From the IMG/VR virus record IMGVR_UViG_3300045999_010887, positions 16,655 through 80,654 of that record: a DNA stretch of 64,000 nt, one strand, 5' to 3'. The translations under genes were made by a program, and so were the position numbers. Below, one piece after another: positions 38,268-46,328 of this stretch. Every line of letters starts with the position of its first letter. Position 1 is the stretch's first letter. The notes beneath the pieces are model-generated. The model saw only the letters and a list, made by a program, of their open reading frames with translations, ran no database searches and was not told the origin of the DNA. Source of the stretch: a virus.

Positions 38268-38354
38268 TGGTGCAGACGGCGGGAGTCGAACCCGCAAGGG
38301 CAAATGCCCGACGCATTTTAAGTGCGTTACGTATACCTATTCCGTCACGTCTGC
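38268..38354 (-). tRNA. tRNA-Leu(UAA), intronless, CCA encoded
   Basis: GCAGACG/CGTCTGC acceptor, ACGCA-CTTAAAA-TGCGT, long variable arm, GCGGG-TTCGACT-CCCGC, ACCA. Confidence 0.95.
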
Positions 38355-38564
38355 ATCACTTGGACTTACACTCACATCAATTGATGTGTGATGCCAAGTG
38401 TGATCATGAGGTAACGGCTCAGTGCCGTAGTCCCATGTATCATAGTCATCCTCGTTACGAGGATCCTTATCGATCAGGATGTACTGAGGTGAGTTATCTG
38501 TGATGTACTCACCAATGTTTGCCATTGCCATGGCAAGCAATTGATCATCAGTGTAATCGGGCAT
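38337..38564 (-). CDS. Hypothetical acidic protein
   Basis: ORF whose stop lies inside the tRNA-Leu 5' end. Confidence 0.5.
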   Translation of the reverse strand: MPDYTDDQLLAMAMANIGEYITDNSPQYILIDKDPRNEDDYDTWDYGTEPLPHDHTWHHTSIDVSVSPSDADVTE

Positions 38565-38613
38565 GAGTTAAAGGGCATCCATATAACGAGGATAGGATGC
38601 CCCTGCTGTGGCC

Positions 38614-40338
38614 TTAGCTTTCAGATCTTAGCTGTTTCTCACGAGATTGCAAGGCCTGCTTGAAGGCAAGTGCGTACTCTTCCCTTTGCTCCTCGTTCAG
38701 TCGCTGGTTGGCTACGCCAGCAATCTGCTTGACGTTCATGACACCCATGGATACATCCAGTTGAATGGTGAAGGTTGGCCTACCATCAATCATGCAAAGC
38801 ACAATGAAGTGCTTACGTTTCTTGATGTCTTCTGCATACTGGGACGCAGAGCCCACACAGTTGCGGACTGCTTGTCCCCACTGTGCAAGTTGATGCGTAT
38901 CAATGGGTTGCAGGAATGTCCAGCTATGGCCATTCATCTCTACATGCACAGGTGCAGGGAATAGATCCTGGTGCAGTGACTCCTTCTTGTTCTGAATCTT
39001 CCATGCCTCTGCTTGCACATAGTCATGGAAGTCAGGCATGCGCCAACGCTTTGGTGGCTCAAGTGTTTTACCTGCCTCAAGGATACGCATGATCATTGAG
39101 AAGGTATCGTTCATCTCATACCATGAATGAACAAAATAGTTGTAATCAGAATGGATTAAAGAACGAGCTGACGCAGACTTCTCTTCATTAGATTTTTCAG
39201 AATACTTACGCATCATATTGAGGAACGATGTAACACTCATGTGCTCACGTAGCCAAACAATGAGTTCATCACTGGTACGCAAGTGATTGAGATTGACTTG
39301 ACGTAACTCAGCAAAGTATGTACGGTAATGATCAAGCGGACAGTCGGGCCATACTCGATTGATAAAGTAGATTGAATTAGTCGTCTGCTCAAATTCTTTG
39401 TAACCATACTTAATTGCTTTACGCAATTCGTTATCAACATTGTTGTACTGTTCAACAGAGCGATCAAGCATTGTTTGCAAACGCTTCTTGATAAATGGAG
39501 TTGTAATGATGTGCTGAATATCGTTGATGGTTAGATAGGTTAAAGATGTGTAATTATTCTTAGCTGTCCATGCATTAGCAAGGTCAACTATATTGTCAAC
39601 CGTTAACTTGAATACTGAACGATCTTCGATGCAGTTTGTTAATGCAAATGGAAACTCAAGTGCATCAAGAAGGTTATTACATTTGATGCGATCAAACATG
39701 GAATGACTGTCGTTCCATGTTGGGATAGTTTCCATCAAAGTTGACTCAAAACTATTGATTGCATCATTCATATCACGTGACTTCTGGTAGTAACTAGCAA
39801 TACCCATGGCACGCCAATTACGTGCATCATTACCTGCAATGATGTCTTGCTTAGTTATGGTACGTGAGTACGTAAAGGTTTGCGCGCCACGTGTACTGGC
39901 GTGTTCGGTGCAACGATCTTTAGTATTCCAGATATGACGAGGTAGTACCTTAGCTGCAGCTGCAGTGTTCTTGAATGCATAGGCATAGCCATAGATGTAG
40001 TCCTCACCTTTGGCAGGTAGCCATGCGGCATACCAGCATTGCTCAAAGTGATAGAGGATTGCAATGGTAATTGTACGTGCTTGTGGTGTGGCAACATCAA
40101 CCACCTTGGTAAAGCGATGGTAACGTTCTGATACACCTGACGAATTGATACGATCAATTGCATCTTGTTGATAGCTACCACGCACCACATTCTCAGGGAT
40201 GAGATGTGGGATATTACCCAATGGATATTTAGCTTTCTTTGTAGTCTTCTTGGGTTCCTGTTCTTTGACCAAAGCCTTAAGCTTTGGATCATAAGCCAAG
40301 AGTTCTTGTTGCAGGCAAGAGGGAATTTGGAAGTGCAT
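38614..40338 (-). CDS. PcfJ-like domain protein
   Basis: FHD...PIDTHQLAQWGQAVRNCVGS..Y...TIQL..VKQIAGVAN. Confidence 0.75.
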   Translation of the reverse strand: MHFQIPSCLQQELLAYDPKLKALVKEQEPKKTTKKAKYPLGNIPHLIPENVVRGSYQQDAIDRINSSGVSERYHRFTKVVDVATPQARTITIAILYHFEQCWYAAWLPAKGEDYIYGYAYAFKNTAAAAKVLPRHIWNTKDRCTEHASTRGAQTFTYSRTITKQDIIAGNDARNWRAMGIASYYQKSRDMNDAINSFESTLMETIPTWNDSHSMFDRIKCNNLLDALEFPFALTNCIEDRSVFKLTVDNIVDLANAWTAKNNYTSLTYLTINDIQHIITTPFIKKRLQTMLDRSVEQYNNVDNELRKAIKYGYKEFEQTTNSIYFINRVWPDCPLDHYRTYFAELRQVNLNHLRTSDELIVWLREHMSVTSFLNMMRKYSEKSNEEKSASARSLIHSDYNYFVHSWYEMNDTFSMIMRILEAGKTLEPPKRWRMPDFHDYVQAEAWKIQNKKESLHQDLFPAPVHVEMNGHSWTFLQPIDTHQLAQWGQAVRNCVGSASQYAEDIKKRKHFIVLCMIDGRPTFTIQLDVSMGVMNVKQIAGVANQRLNEEQREEYALAFKQALQSREKQLRSES

Positions 40339-40368
40339 GAGTTGAATTGATTGAGTAGGTACTGAAAA

Positions 40369-40400
40369 GCCTGGGACTTACACCTTACGGATGCCCAGGC
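40369..40400 (-). ncRNA. Family B hairpin, copy 1
   Basis: GCCTGGG-CAT-CC-GTAA-GG-TGTAAGT-CCCAGGC. Confidence 0.7.
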
Positions 40401-40413
40401 ATGATGTCAAACG

Positions 40414-40656
40414 TTAGTCAAGTTCGACCAGTTGCCACTGAGGATCGAGCTGATCAAGATAGGCGCAGAAGCCATCTTCATCAAGAGGAAATGGTTCCTC
40501 TGGATCCAGCTCGACAGTTGTTGTACACAATGCAGGAGCCCACTCTTCAGGGTCGAGGCGAGTCGCCCGATAGAGCAGGCGCATTTCGTCAACAACTGCT
40601 GTAACTGTGACATGAGTATCAGTGAAATGAGTGTCTTCAATGGCTAAGACTGTCAT
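40414..40656 (-). CDS. Hypothetical protein
   Basis: RATRLDPEEWAPALC motif. Confidence 0.6.
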   Translation of the reverse strand: MTVLAIEDTHFTDTHVTVTAVVDEMRLLYRATRLDPEEWAPALCTTTVELDPEEPFPLDEDGFCAYLDQLDPQWQLVELD

Positions 40657-40841
40657 CAGTTGTCCTCGATGTAGGAACAGTTGGTGGTTTTGATGAGGCG
40701 GTACTTCATCCACAGACGTGCTGTGTCGTACTCGCCATTGAAGCGTGCTTCATCTAACACATTTGAATTCGCCCTGCGCTGTGCACAGGCAGCAAGATTA
40801 ATGCGATCAAACATGTTGATGTAGTCTGTGTATGTAGCCAT
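40656..40841 (-). CDS. Hypothetical protein
   Basis: ORF with C/A-rich leader. Confidence 0.55.
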   Translation of the reverse strand: MATYTDYINMFDRINLAACAQRRANSNVLDEARFNGEYDTARLWMKYRLIKTTNCSYIEDN

Positions 40842-40873
40842 GAATTGAAATGAGTTGAGGTAATGGACAAAAG

Positions 40874-40901
40874 CTGGGACTTACACCTTACGGATGCCCA
40901 G
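40874..40901 (-). ncRNA. Family B hairpin, copy 2
   Basis: CTGGG-CAT-CC-GTAA-GG-TGTAAGT-CCCAG. Confidence 0.7.
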
Positions 40902-40905
40902 ATCT

Positions 40906-41106
40906 TTAGATTATCTTAATGTTTGATTTGCTCAAACCTGTGCCTGGGATACTGATTGATCCACGCACACCAGACTCACGTGCATTGAGTGTGAGTTGGA
41001 ACGGTCCAAGCTGAAACGATTTGCTATAGGATTGAATACCATTTTCTGTGATATTGAATCCAGCAATGGTCTTATCAAAGCTGATTGGTGATTTGTCTTT
41101 AGTCAT
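40906..41106 (-). CDS. DUF4236-like small protein
   Basis: GFNITENGI..S...SISIPGTGLS. Confidence 0.55.
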   Translation of the reverse strand: MTKDKSPISFDKTIAGFNITENGIQSYSKSFQLGPFQLTLNARESGVRGSISIPGTGLSKSNIKII

Positions 41107-41315
41107 TTCAAGTTCTCGGGCATTAGTTGATTGATGTCATCTTCATCTTCAAAATTTGTCATTACAAACTTTTGTCCATCGGGGGCAACAAAGCCCCCGA
41201 TAAAACCAATACCGTATTTGTCTGCTGATTCTTTCATCTTGGCTACAAGCTGCATAGCTTGAAGTCTTTGAAGATCAATTGAATCAGGAATACGAGGAGT
41301 GTTGGAACTAGACAT
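41103..41315 (-). CDS. Hypothetical protein
   Basis: ORF with C/A-rich leader. Confidence 0.55.
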   Translation of the reverse strand: MSSSNTPRIPDSIDLQRLQAMQLVAKMKESADKYGIGFIGGFVAPDGQKFVMTNFEDEDDINQLMPENLK

Positions 41316-41453
41316 TGGTGTTGAGTTGATTGGTGGTCTAGAAGACTTGGGTAGTCTACCAGGGTTGTCAAGGGATGGTAAAGGGGGAATACATAATAGT
41401 TTCTTATAGAACTAAAGGTATCCCCCTGGTACTTCCCCAGGGGTTGTAGGGGA

Positions 41454-41900
41454 CTACGAATGCATAGCCTGGTGCTCCTGCCAAGCAGCTGCGTGCATTT
41501 CTGCTGCAGTGATTGGAGGTTCACCTGGTTCGTTCGGAGTTGGGTCGTAGTCGAGTTCTTCTTCCAGCATGGAGATCATTTCTTCGACTAGACCCTTGGC
41601 ATGTGGTGTAAGGTGTTCATCCATTTCATGGCGCTTGCTCTCGCGAGCTTGCACATTCTTTAAGATGGAGTGAACTTCTGCAAGGTAGTAATACTCGTTC
41701 TGTTGTGCGTAATACATCCGTAATAATGCTTGAATTTCAGATGCAACCTTGGGGCCAGCTTGATGAAGTGATTGAATGCGGTACAAACCAAAGTCCAAGA
41801 TCGCTTGAATAGTTTGTAGTTGTGCACGCATCAAAATGTTCCTCGCCCTGGTACCAAGGCAAGGACAATCAAGCACTGATGTTTCTGGTTTTAAATGCAT
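41454..41900 (-). CDS. Protein with RNA polymerase alpha-CTD-like N-terminal domain
   Basis: LGTRARNILMRAQLQTIQAIL..IQSLHQAGPKVASEIQALL. Confidence 0.65.
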   Translation of the reverse strand: MHLKPETSVLDCPCLGTRARNILMRAQLQTIQAILDFGLYRIQSLHQAGPKVASEIQALLRMYYAQQNEYYYLAEVHSILKNVQARESKRHEMDEHLTPHAKGLVEEMISMLEEELDYDPTPNEPGEPPITAAEMHAAAWQEHQAMHS

Positions 41901-41928
41901 GGTTGGTTTGGAGTTAAGGTTGGATTAA

Positions 41929-41970
41929 AGCCTGGGACTTACACCACATTGTTATGTGGACGCCCAGGCT
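41929..41970 (-). ncRNA. Family B hairpin, copy 3
   Basis: AGCCTGGG-CGT-CCACAT-AACA-ATGTGG-TGTAAGT-CCCAGGCT. Confidence 0.7.
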
Positions 41971-42033
41971 ATGACTGAAGTATTGGCATGTATTGGCACT
42001 TTGTACGTGCCACCCAATACTACGGTATAACGA

Positions 42034-42291
42034 TTACGTTGTCTTAGGTTCGAGCATGATCCAGCCTGTGTAGTTAGCACTGCTGCGATCAATGGTTACT
42101 AAGCCGTGTTCCTCCAGTCTTGTCAATGCTGTGAGGTATTGATCAAGCCTAGAGTTTTGGACGGGACACCTTGGTACGTAACACGGTGTGTTCTTGTACT
42201 TCTTCCTGTGGTTCAGGTAGTACAAGTAGATGTTCCGTTGATTGATGCTCAATCCGACTGGCGGTGTCAGCGTTGATGTTGCCGTTGTCAT
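42034..42291 (-). CDS. Small wHTH-like protein
   Basis: LSINQRNIY...ALTRLEEHGLV. Confidence 0.5.
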   Translation of the reverse strand: MTTATSTLTPPVGLSINQRNIYLYYLNHRKKYKNTPCYVPRCPVQNSRLDQYLTALTRLEEHGLVTIDRSSANYTGWIMLEPKTT

Positions 42292-42659
42292 CAGCAGTAA
42301 TGTGGAGTTGATTCGGGGTAGACAGTAGCGTATCCGTTGGAGAAGTTGACTTCGTAGTTGTGGTACGTCGTCGAGAGACCGAGGCTTGGCTGGTCTGCGA
42401 CTTCGTACTCGTCGAAGTATTGGATGAAGGCTTGGACCGCTTGCTTCTTGGAGAAGACACAGTGGGTGAGGACTGGGAGTCCTGCTTGGTACCACCATCC
42501 GCCTTCTTCTGGACCGCCGTAGTGGAGCGTCGTTTCGTGGACGGTGACAGTCGTTGGGTCTTCATGCTCCCACTGTTGGTGGGTTGTGTATCGCTGGATG
42601 GCAAAACGTGCTTTCCAGGAGTTGGGGTAGAACTTTTGGAGTTCAGAGATGTAAGACAT
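42291..42659 (-). CDS. Hypothetical protein
   Basis: YGGPEEGGWWY...YPESTPHYC motif common in phage proteins. Confidence 0.65.
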   Translation of the reverse strand: MSYISELQKFYPNSWKARFAIQRYTTHQQWEHEDPTTVTVHETTLHYGGPEEGGWWYQAGLPVLTHCVFSKKQAVQAFIQYFDEYEVADQPSLGLSTTYHNYEVNFSNGYATVYPESTPHYC

Positions 42660-42737
42660 TTGATTGCATCAATGAAAGTTGTGATGAGAATTGAAATGAT
42701 GACAATGATGTGAACAACAATGTCATCTTCGTGTTGC

Positions 42738-42941
42738 TTAGGCTTGGTCATCGTAAAGCTCCTGTTCTTGGTTAGGTGTATTAGTCACAGAGAAACCGAC
42801 GAATTGTCCGTCGATTTCAATGAGTGACCATTCGGATTGATCAGCTTCACGCATGGCTTCTTCTAGTTCGTATGCACGATCAGCCATTGCGTCAAGCAAG
42901 TCTGCATTGCGCTGCTCATCAATGAAGCTAAAATCTTTCAT
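42738..42941 (-). CDS. Hypothetical protein
   Basis: Acidic ORF with C/A-rich leader. Confidence 0.55.
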   Translation of the reverse strand: MKDFSFIDEQRNADLLDAMADRAYELEEAMREADQSEWSLIEIDGQFVGFSVTNTPNQEQELYDDQA

Positions 42942-42969
42942 GGTTTGAGTTGAATAAATGAACAGTTGT

Positions 42970-43021
42970 CCTGGGACTTACACCACTTATTGAGAAGAGT
43001 TCTCAAGAGTGGAGGCCCAGG
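42970..43021 (-). ncRNA. Family B hairpin, copy 4
   Basis: CCTGGG-CCT-CCACT[long stem]AGTGG-TGTAAGT-CCCAGG. Confidence 0.7.
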
Positions 43022-43031
43022 TGATGTGTGA

Positions 43032-43538
43032 TTAGGCTTTGATGTCGCTCCAAGCAATACCGCGAGCGATATTACTGATTGCGCAGCCTGTCACGTTGTA
43101 ACGGCGACCAATAGCTTGGTACGCCTGAGTTTTGCTTGTCCACCCACCCATGTACTTCTCATCGTTGATGAGCAGTTTGATTTCACGTACTTGGCTGGGT
43201 GTAAGCTTAGGTACAGGACCGCGATAACGTAGATGTGTAGTACCAGAAGCACCAACAGGTTTGAACTGTGTTGTGGTCTTGGTCTCTTTCCTATCACGTT
43301 CTGCAAGTTCCTTTAGATAAGCCAAGCCCTGTTCCTTGGACATGACAGGACCATTCATCCGTCCCCGTGACGGTTGCATGGGGGGTTGAGGGGGTGTCTC
43401 GATCCATGGACTGCGGATAGGAAAGCCAAGCGTTACTGACGTTCCATCCTTGAGGATGGAGATGGTGACCTTACCATCCCTTGTAATCACAGAGACGTGA
43501 TCGGGGGCGGTCACATCGAGTTGGCTGAGCGCGTCCAT
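43032..43538 (-). CDS. Protein with C-terminal HTH
   Basis: KLTPSQVREIK...IGRRYNVTGCAISNIARGIAW. Confidence 0.6.
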   Translation of the reverse strand: MDALSQLDVTAPDHVSVITRDGKVTISILKDGTSVTLGFPIRSPWIETPPQPPMQPSRGRMNGPVMSKEQGLAYLKELAERDRKETKTTTQFKPVGASGTTHLRYRGPVPKLTPSQVREIKLLINDEKYMGGWTSKTQAYQAIGRRYNVTGCAISNIARGIAWSDIKA

Positions 43539-43676
43539 GAGTGATGTACTGGAGTTTGAGTGGACTGTTGGGTGAGCTGCCCCTGCCTTGCAGGATGCAG
43601 GTAGAGAATAGCTGGTACGTACAGAGATGCAAGTACCAGCCGTAGCGCTTTGCGTTTGCGGGACACCAGATGTAGG

Positions 43677-43904
43677 TTAGTCGTGTGGGATAAAGTCCGA
43701 GTCGTTGAGTAGCTGATGAACTGACAAGCAGTCTTCAGCGATCTCATCTCTGGTGCAACCTTCCCATTCGATGGACTGGTCTTCAATGACTTCACAGCCA
43801 GCATCTTCGAGCTGGTCGTGGAATTGAGACCAAGTACGTGCGTTGCCCCAGACATGGGCATAACGACCGGAATGATCAGCGACTAGTGCGATGTGGAGTG
43901 CCAT
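43677..43904 (-). CDS. Hypothetical protein
   Basis: MALHIALV... Confidence 0.55.
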   Translation of the reverse strand: MALHIALVADHSGRYAHVWGNARTWSQFHDQLEDAGCEVIEDQSIEWEGCTRDEIAEDCLSVHQLLNDSDFIPHD

Positions 43905-44100
43905 TGTTCTGTTGAGTAGGGTTGGAGTTGATGTTAGTGATGTCAATGCCGATCAGTGCAGGCACTGTGAATGCGGCAATGATGAGGGCAAAGAGAGCAA
44001 TGCCGTACGACCAAAGTTGATTTGAGCGAGTCTCAGTAGACTCACCATAAGAATCAAGGATGATGTACTTGCCTTTGCCCATGGAATAGATGGTCTTCAT
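43876..44100 (-). CDS. Small membrane protein
   Basis: MKTIYSMG... with one hydrophobic segment. Confidence 0.5.
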   Translation of the reverse strand: MKTIYSMGKGKYIILDSYGESTETRSNQLWSYGIALFALIIAAFTVPALIGIDITNINSNPTQQNNGTPHRTSR

Positions 44101-44101
44101 C

Positions 44102-44365
44102 TTAGATCGTGGCAAGAATGTAACGGACGCAAACCAGATGATCTGGCTTGAAACCAGGCGGTAGTTCTTCTGCGTAGAACCACTCGCCCTTGACATCAAG
44201 CGAGACGCATTCGCTGTTTCGTGCAAAGCCAAGAGCTTTATCACCCTTGGTGCACCAAACAATGTAGACGCATGCGTCCATGCAAAGGATGTAATAATCA
44301 TCCTGCTTGATATCAAACGTTTCAAGTGCGTCTTGAATGTCTGAATGATCAAATGTAATTGGCAT
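44102..44365 (-). CDS. Hypothetical protein
   Basis: ORF track. Confidence 0.55.
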   Translation of the reverse strand: MPITFDHSDIQDALETFDIKQDDYYILCMDACVYIVWCTKGDKALGFARNSECVSLDVKGEWFYAEELPPGFKPDHLVCVRYILATI

Positions 44366-44383
44366 AGTGTTGTATGCAATGGA

Positions 44384-44448
44384 TGCAGGGAAAACCCTGC
44401 AGAAAACCCACTCATCACAAGGATGAGAAGGGTTAAGTGCAGAGGTCA
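44384..44448 (-). ncRNA. Family D two-state hairpin, copy 1
   Basis: TGA-cct-CTGCA-CTTA-ACCC..GGGT-TTTC-TGCAG-GGTTTTCCCTGCA. Confidence 0.55.
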
Positions 44449-44649
44449 GTTAACGTACTTACTGTTGATGCAGTAATACGTATCACCAAGGAATCCCTTG
44501 GTGTAGATCAGGTTGTGCCCTGGTTGGTTATGGCATGTGTTCTTGTAATGCTCATTGAGCATCTTCTGTCCACAGACGGACAGGATCATGCCAATACCAG
44601 TGCCAACAACGATGGCGATAACAGAGTCAGCCAGATGATTGTTAGTCAT
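44446..44649 (-). CDS. Small membrane-anchored protein
   Basis: N-terminal hydrophobic segment. Confidence 0.55.
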   Translation of the reverse strand: MTNNHLADSVIAIVVGTGIGMILSVCGQKMLNEHYKNTCHNQPGHNLIYTKGFLGDTYYCINSKYVN

Positions 44650-44652
44650 GAT

Positions 44653-44856
44653 TCAGATGTCTTTCTTGGGAGTGATAACAAATGCCATGTCATCAGGCAT
44701 CATGAGTGCAGCAGCACGACAACGAATGTCATGCAGCTTCTCTGATGCATTAACCGATTGACATGTCTTGGTAGCAACCTTTGCTGTAGTCTTGGTTGCA
44801 GTTACTACCCAAGGCAGGAATTCACGTACGTTCTTCCTGAAATTAAGTGCAGTCAT
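44653..44856 (-). CDS. Hypothetical protein
   Basis: ORF with C/A-rich leader. Confidence 0.55.
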   Translation of the reverse strand: MTALNFRKNVREFLPWVVTATKTTAKVATKTCQSVNASEKLHDIRCRAAALMMPDDMAFVITPKKDI

Positions 44857-44875
44857 GGCATTGAGTTGAGTGGAA

Positions 44876-44928
44876 GCAGGATATAGAATCCTGCAGTAAA
44901 GGGCCGAAGCCCCTTAGAGCAGGAATCA
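44876..44928 (-). ncRNA. Family D two-state hairpin, copy 2
   Basis: TGA-tt-CCTGC-TCTAAG-GGGC-TTCG-GCCC-TTTACT-GCAGG-ATTCTATATCCTGC. Confidence 0.55.
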
Positions 44929-45174
44929 GAAGATCGTTGCGTAAAGATTGTCGAGGTGCATCGTGGTAATGTACTGATAGTAATCAGACATTGCAGCTAA
45001 TAACTCCTTGGTACCAGCAGGAATACCGTTACCAAGAGTTTGTACCTCACGTTCAATCCAACAAGGATTGCCATAGCAGTCATCAACTTCTACTTCATAA
45101 CGAAGCATAGTTGATTCACCGCCATGCCAAGTGATACGCTCGGTTGCACCTTCGTAAGGGTAGTAGCACAGCAT
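44926..45174 (-). CDS. Hypothetical protein
   Basis: MLCYYPYEG... Confidence 0.55.
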   Translation of the reverse strand: MLCYYPYEGATERITWHGGESTMLRYEVEVDDCYGNPCWIEREVQTLGNGIPAGTKELLAAMSDYYQYITTMHLDNLYATIF

Positions 45175-45251
45175 AGTGTTGTGTTGAGTAGATGCCACGG
45201 GATTGTGGCAAGTGTTGTGTGGGGGATTTGATCCCCCGGCATCACGCCTGG

Positions 45252-45446
45252 TCAGAAGACCATCACAACGTCGTCGGCCTCCATCATCTCCTCGAAGGAC
45301 ATGATGCGCACGTCATGCGTGCCTTGTATGCCGTTGTTAAGTTCGGGTGCATTGAGCTCGAAGTCGCATTGAGCTGCTTCGATTAGCGCCTCTTCCCACT
45401 GGAAGGAAACGCCATGTTGCACGCCGTCAATCACAATGAAGTACAT
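45252..45446 (-). CDS. Hypothetical protein
   Basis: Between family C copies. Confidence 0.55.
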   Translation of the reverse strand: MYFIVIDGVQHGVSFQWEEALIEAAQCDFELNAPELNNGIQGTHDVRIMSFEEMMEADDVVMVF

Positions 45447-45527
45447 GGTGTTGAGTTAAGTAGATGCCACGAGATTGTGGCAAGTCTGAACCAGGGGATT
45501 GCACCCTGGAACGCCGCTTAAACGGAC

Positions 45528-45707
45528 TCAGATAGCGTAACCGTTGGTGATGCACCAGTTACGGTGAAGCGTGTCATGCTCCTTCGGCCAGTCATGTGTA
45601 ATGCACTGGTGAGCCGTTGCCTTGTCCACAAAATGGATGACGACTTGGCTACCAATGCCCATGATGGAAGCAGCAATGAGCACGCAGGATGCAATACGTT
45701 GAGTCAT
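45528..45707 (-). CDS. Small membrane/secreted protein
   Basis: Hydrophobic segment plus QCITHDWP..H..WCITNGY. Confidence 0.55.
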   Translation of the reverse strand: MTQRIASCVLIAASIMGIGSQVVIHFVDKATAHQCITHDWPKEHDTLHRNWCITNGYAI

Positions 45708-45781
45708 GATTGCGTTGAGTAGATGCCACGGGATTGTGGCAAGTCTGATGCCGGGAATTGAACCCGGCTGCGCACCAGCTA

Positions 45782-45964
45782 TCAGAAAGGATGATAGTCG
45801 ACTACCAGAAGATCTTGCTCCCAATCCTCAAAGGATTGGAAGTATTCAAGAGCTTCTTGCTCGTTGTCAAACACCTTCTCACATCCCTGGAAGTAGGCGT
45901 CTTCGAATGTGTAGTCAGCGTAAACAGCAAAAGGATTACGCTTAACTTGAACGGAGTAATACAT
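45782..45964 (-). CDS. Hypothetical protein
   Basis: MYYSVQVK... Confidence 0.55.
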   Translation of the reverse strand: MYYSVQVKRNPFAVYADYTFEDAYFQGCEKVFDNEQEALEYFQSFEDWEQDLLVVDYHPF

Positions 45965-46040
45965 GTTGAGTTGAGTAGATGCCACGGGATTGTGGCAATA
46001 ACTGGACCAGGGTTTGCACCTGGTCACCCGCTTTAACGGA

Positions 46041-46244
46041 TCAGCTAACTTCGTAAATTGCCCATGACATTGAGTCATAAACCTTCCTGGCGATTTCGCC
46101 ATTCGGATCGTTAACCTCAATGAAACGGTCAACTATTTCAGCCATGCAGATTTCATGGCTGACCATTCTCTGACAACAATCTTCAATTGCTGCCTCACGA
46201 AGTGAGATCAGCACTTCAAGAGTGTGCGCAAGAGCTTGGTCCAC
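46041..46244 (-). CDS. Hypothetical protein
   Basis: AGGAG RBS plus GTG start. Confidence 0.55.
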   Translation of the reverse strand: MDQALAHTLEVLISLREAAIEDCCQRMVSHEICMAEIVDRFIEVNDPNGEIARKVYDSMSWAIYEVS

Positions 46245-46328
46245 AGGATTCTCCTGTTGTGTGGTGCCCATCTCCACAGGGGGCAATAACTGTGGGAGGG
46301 TTTGCACCTCCCAACCCGCTTTAACGGA

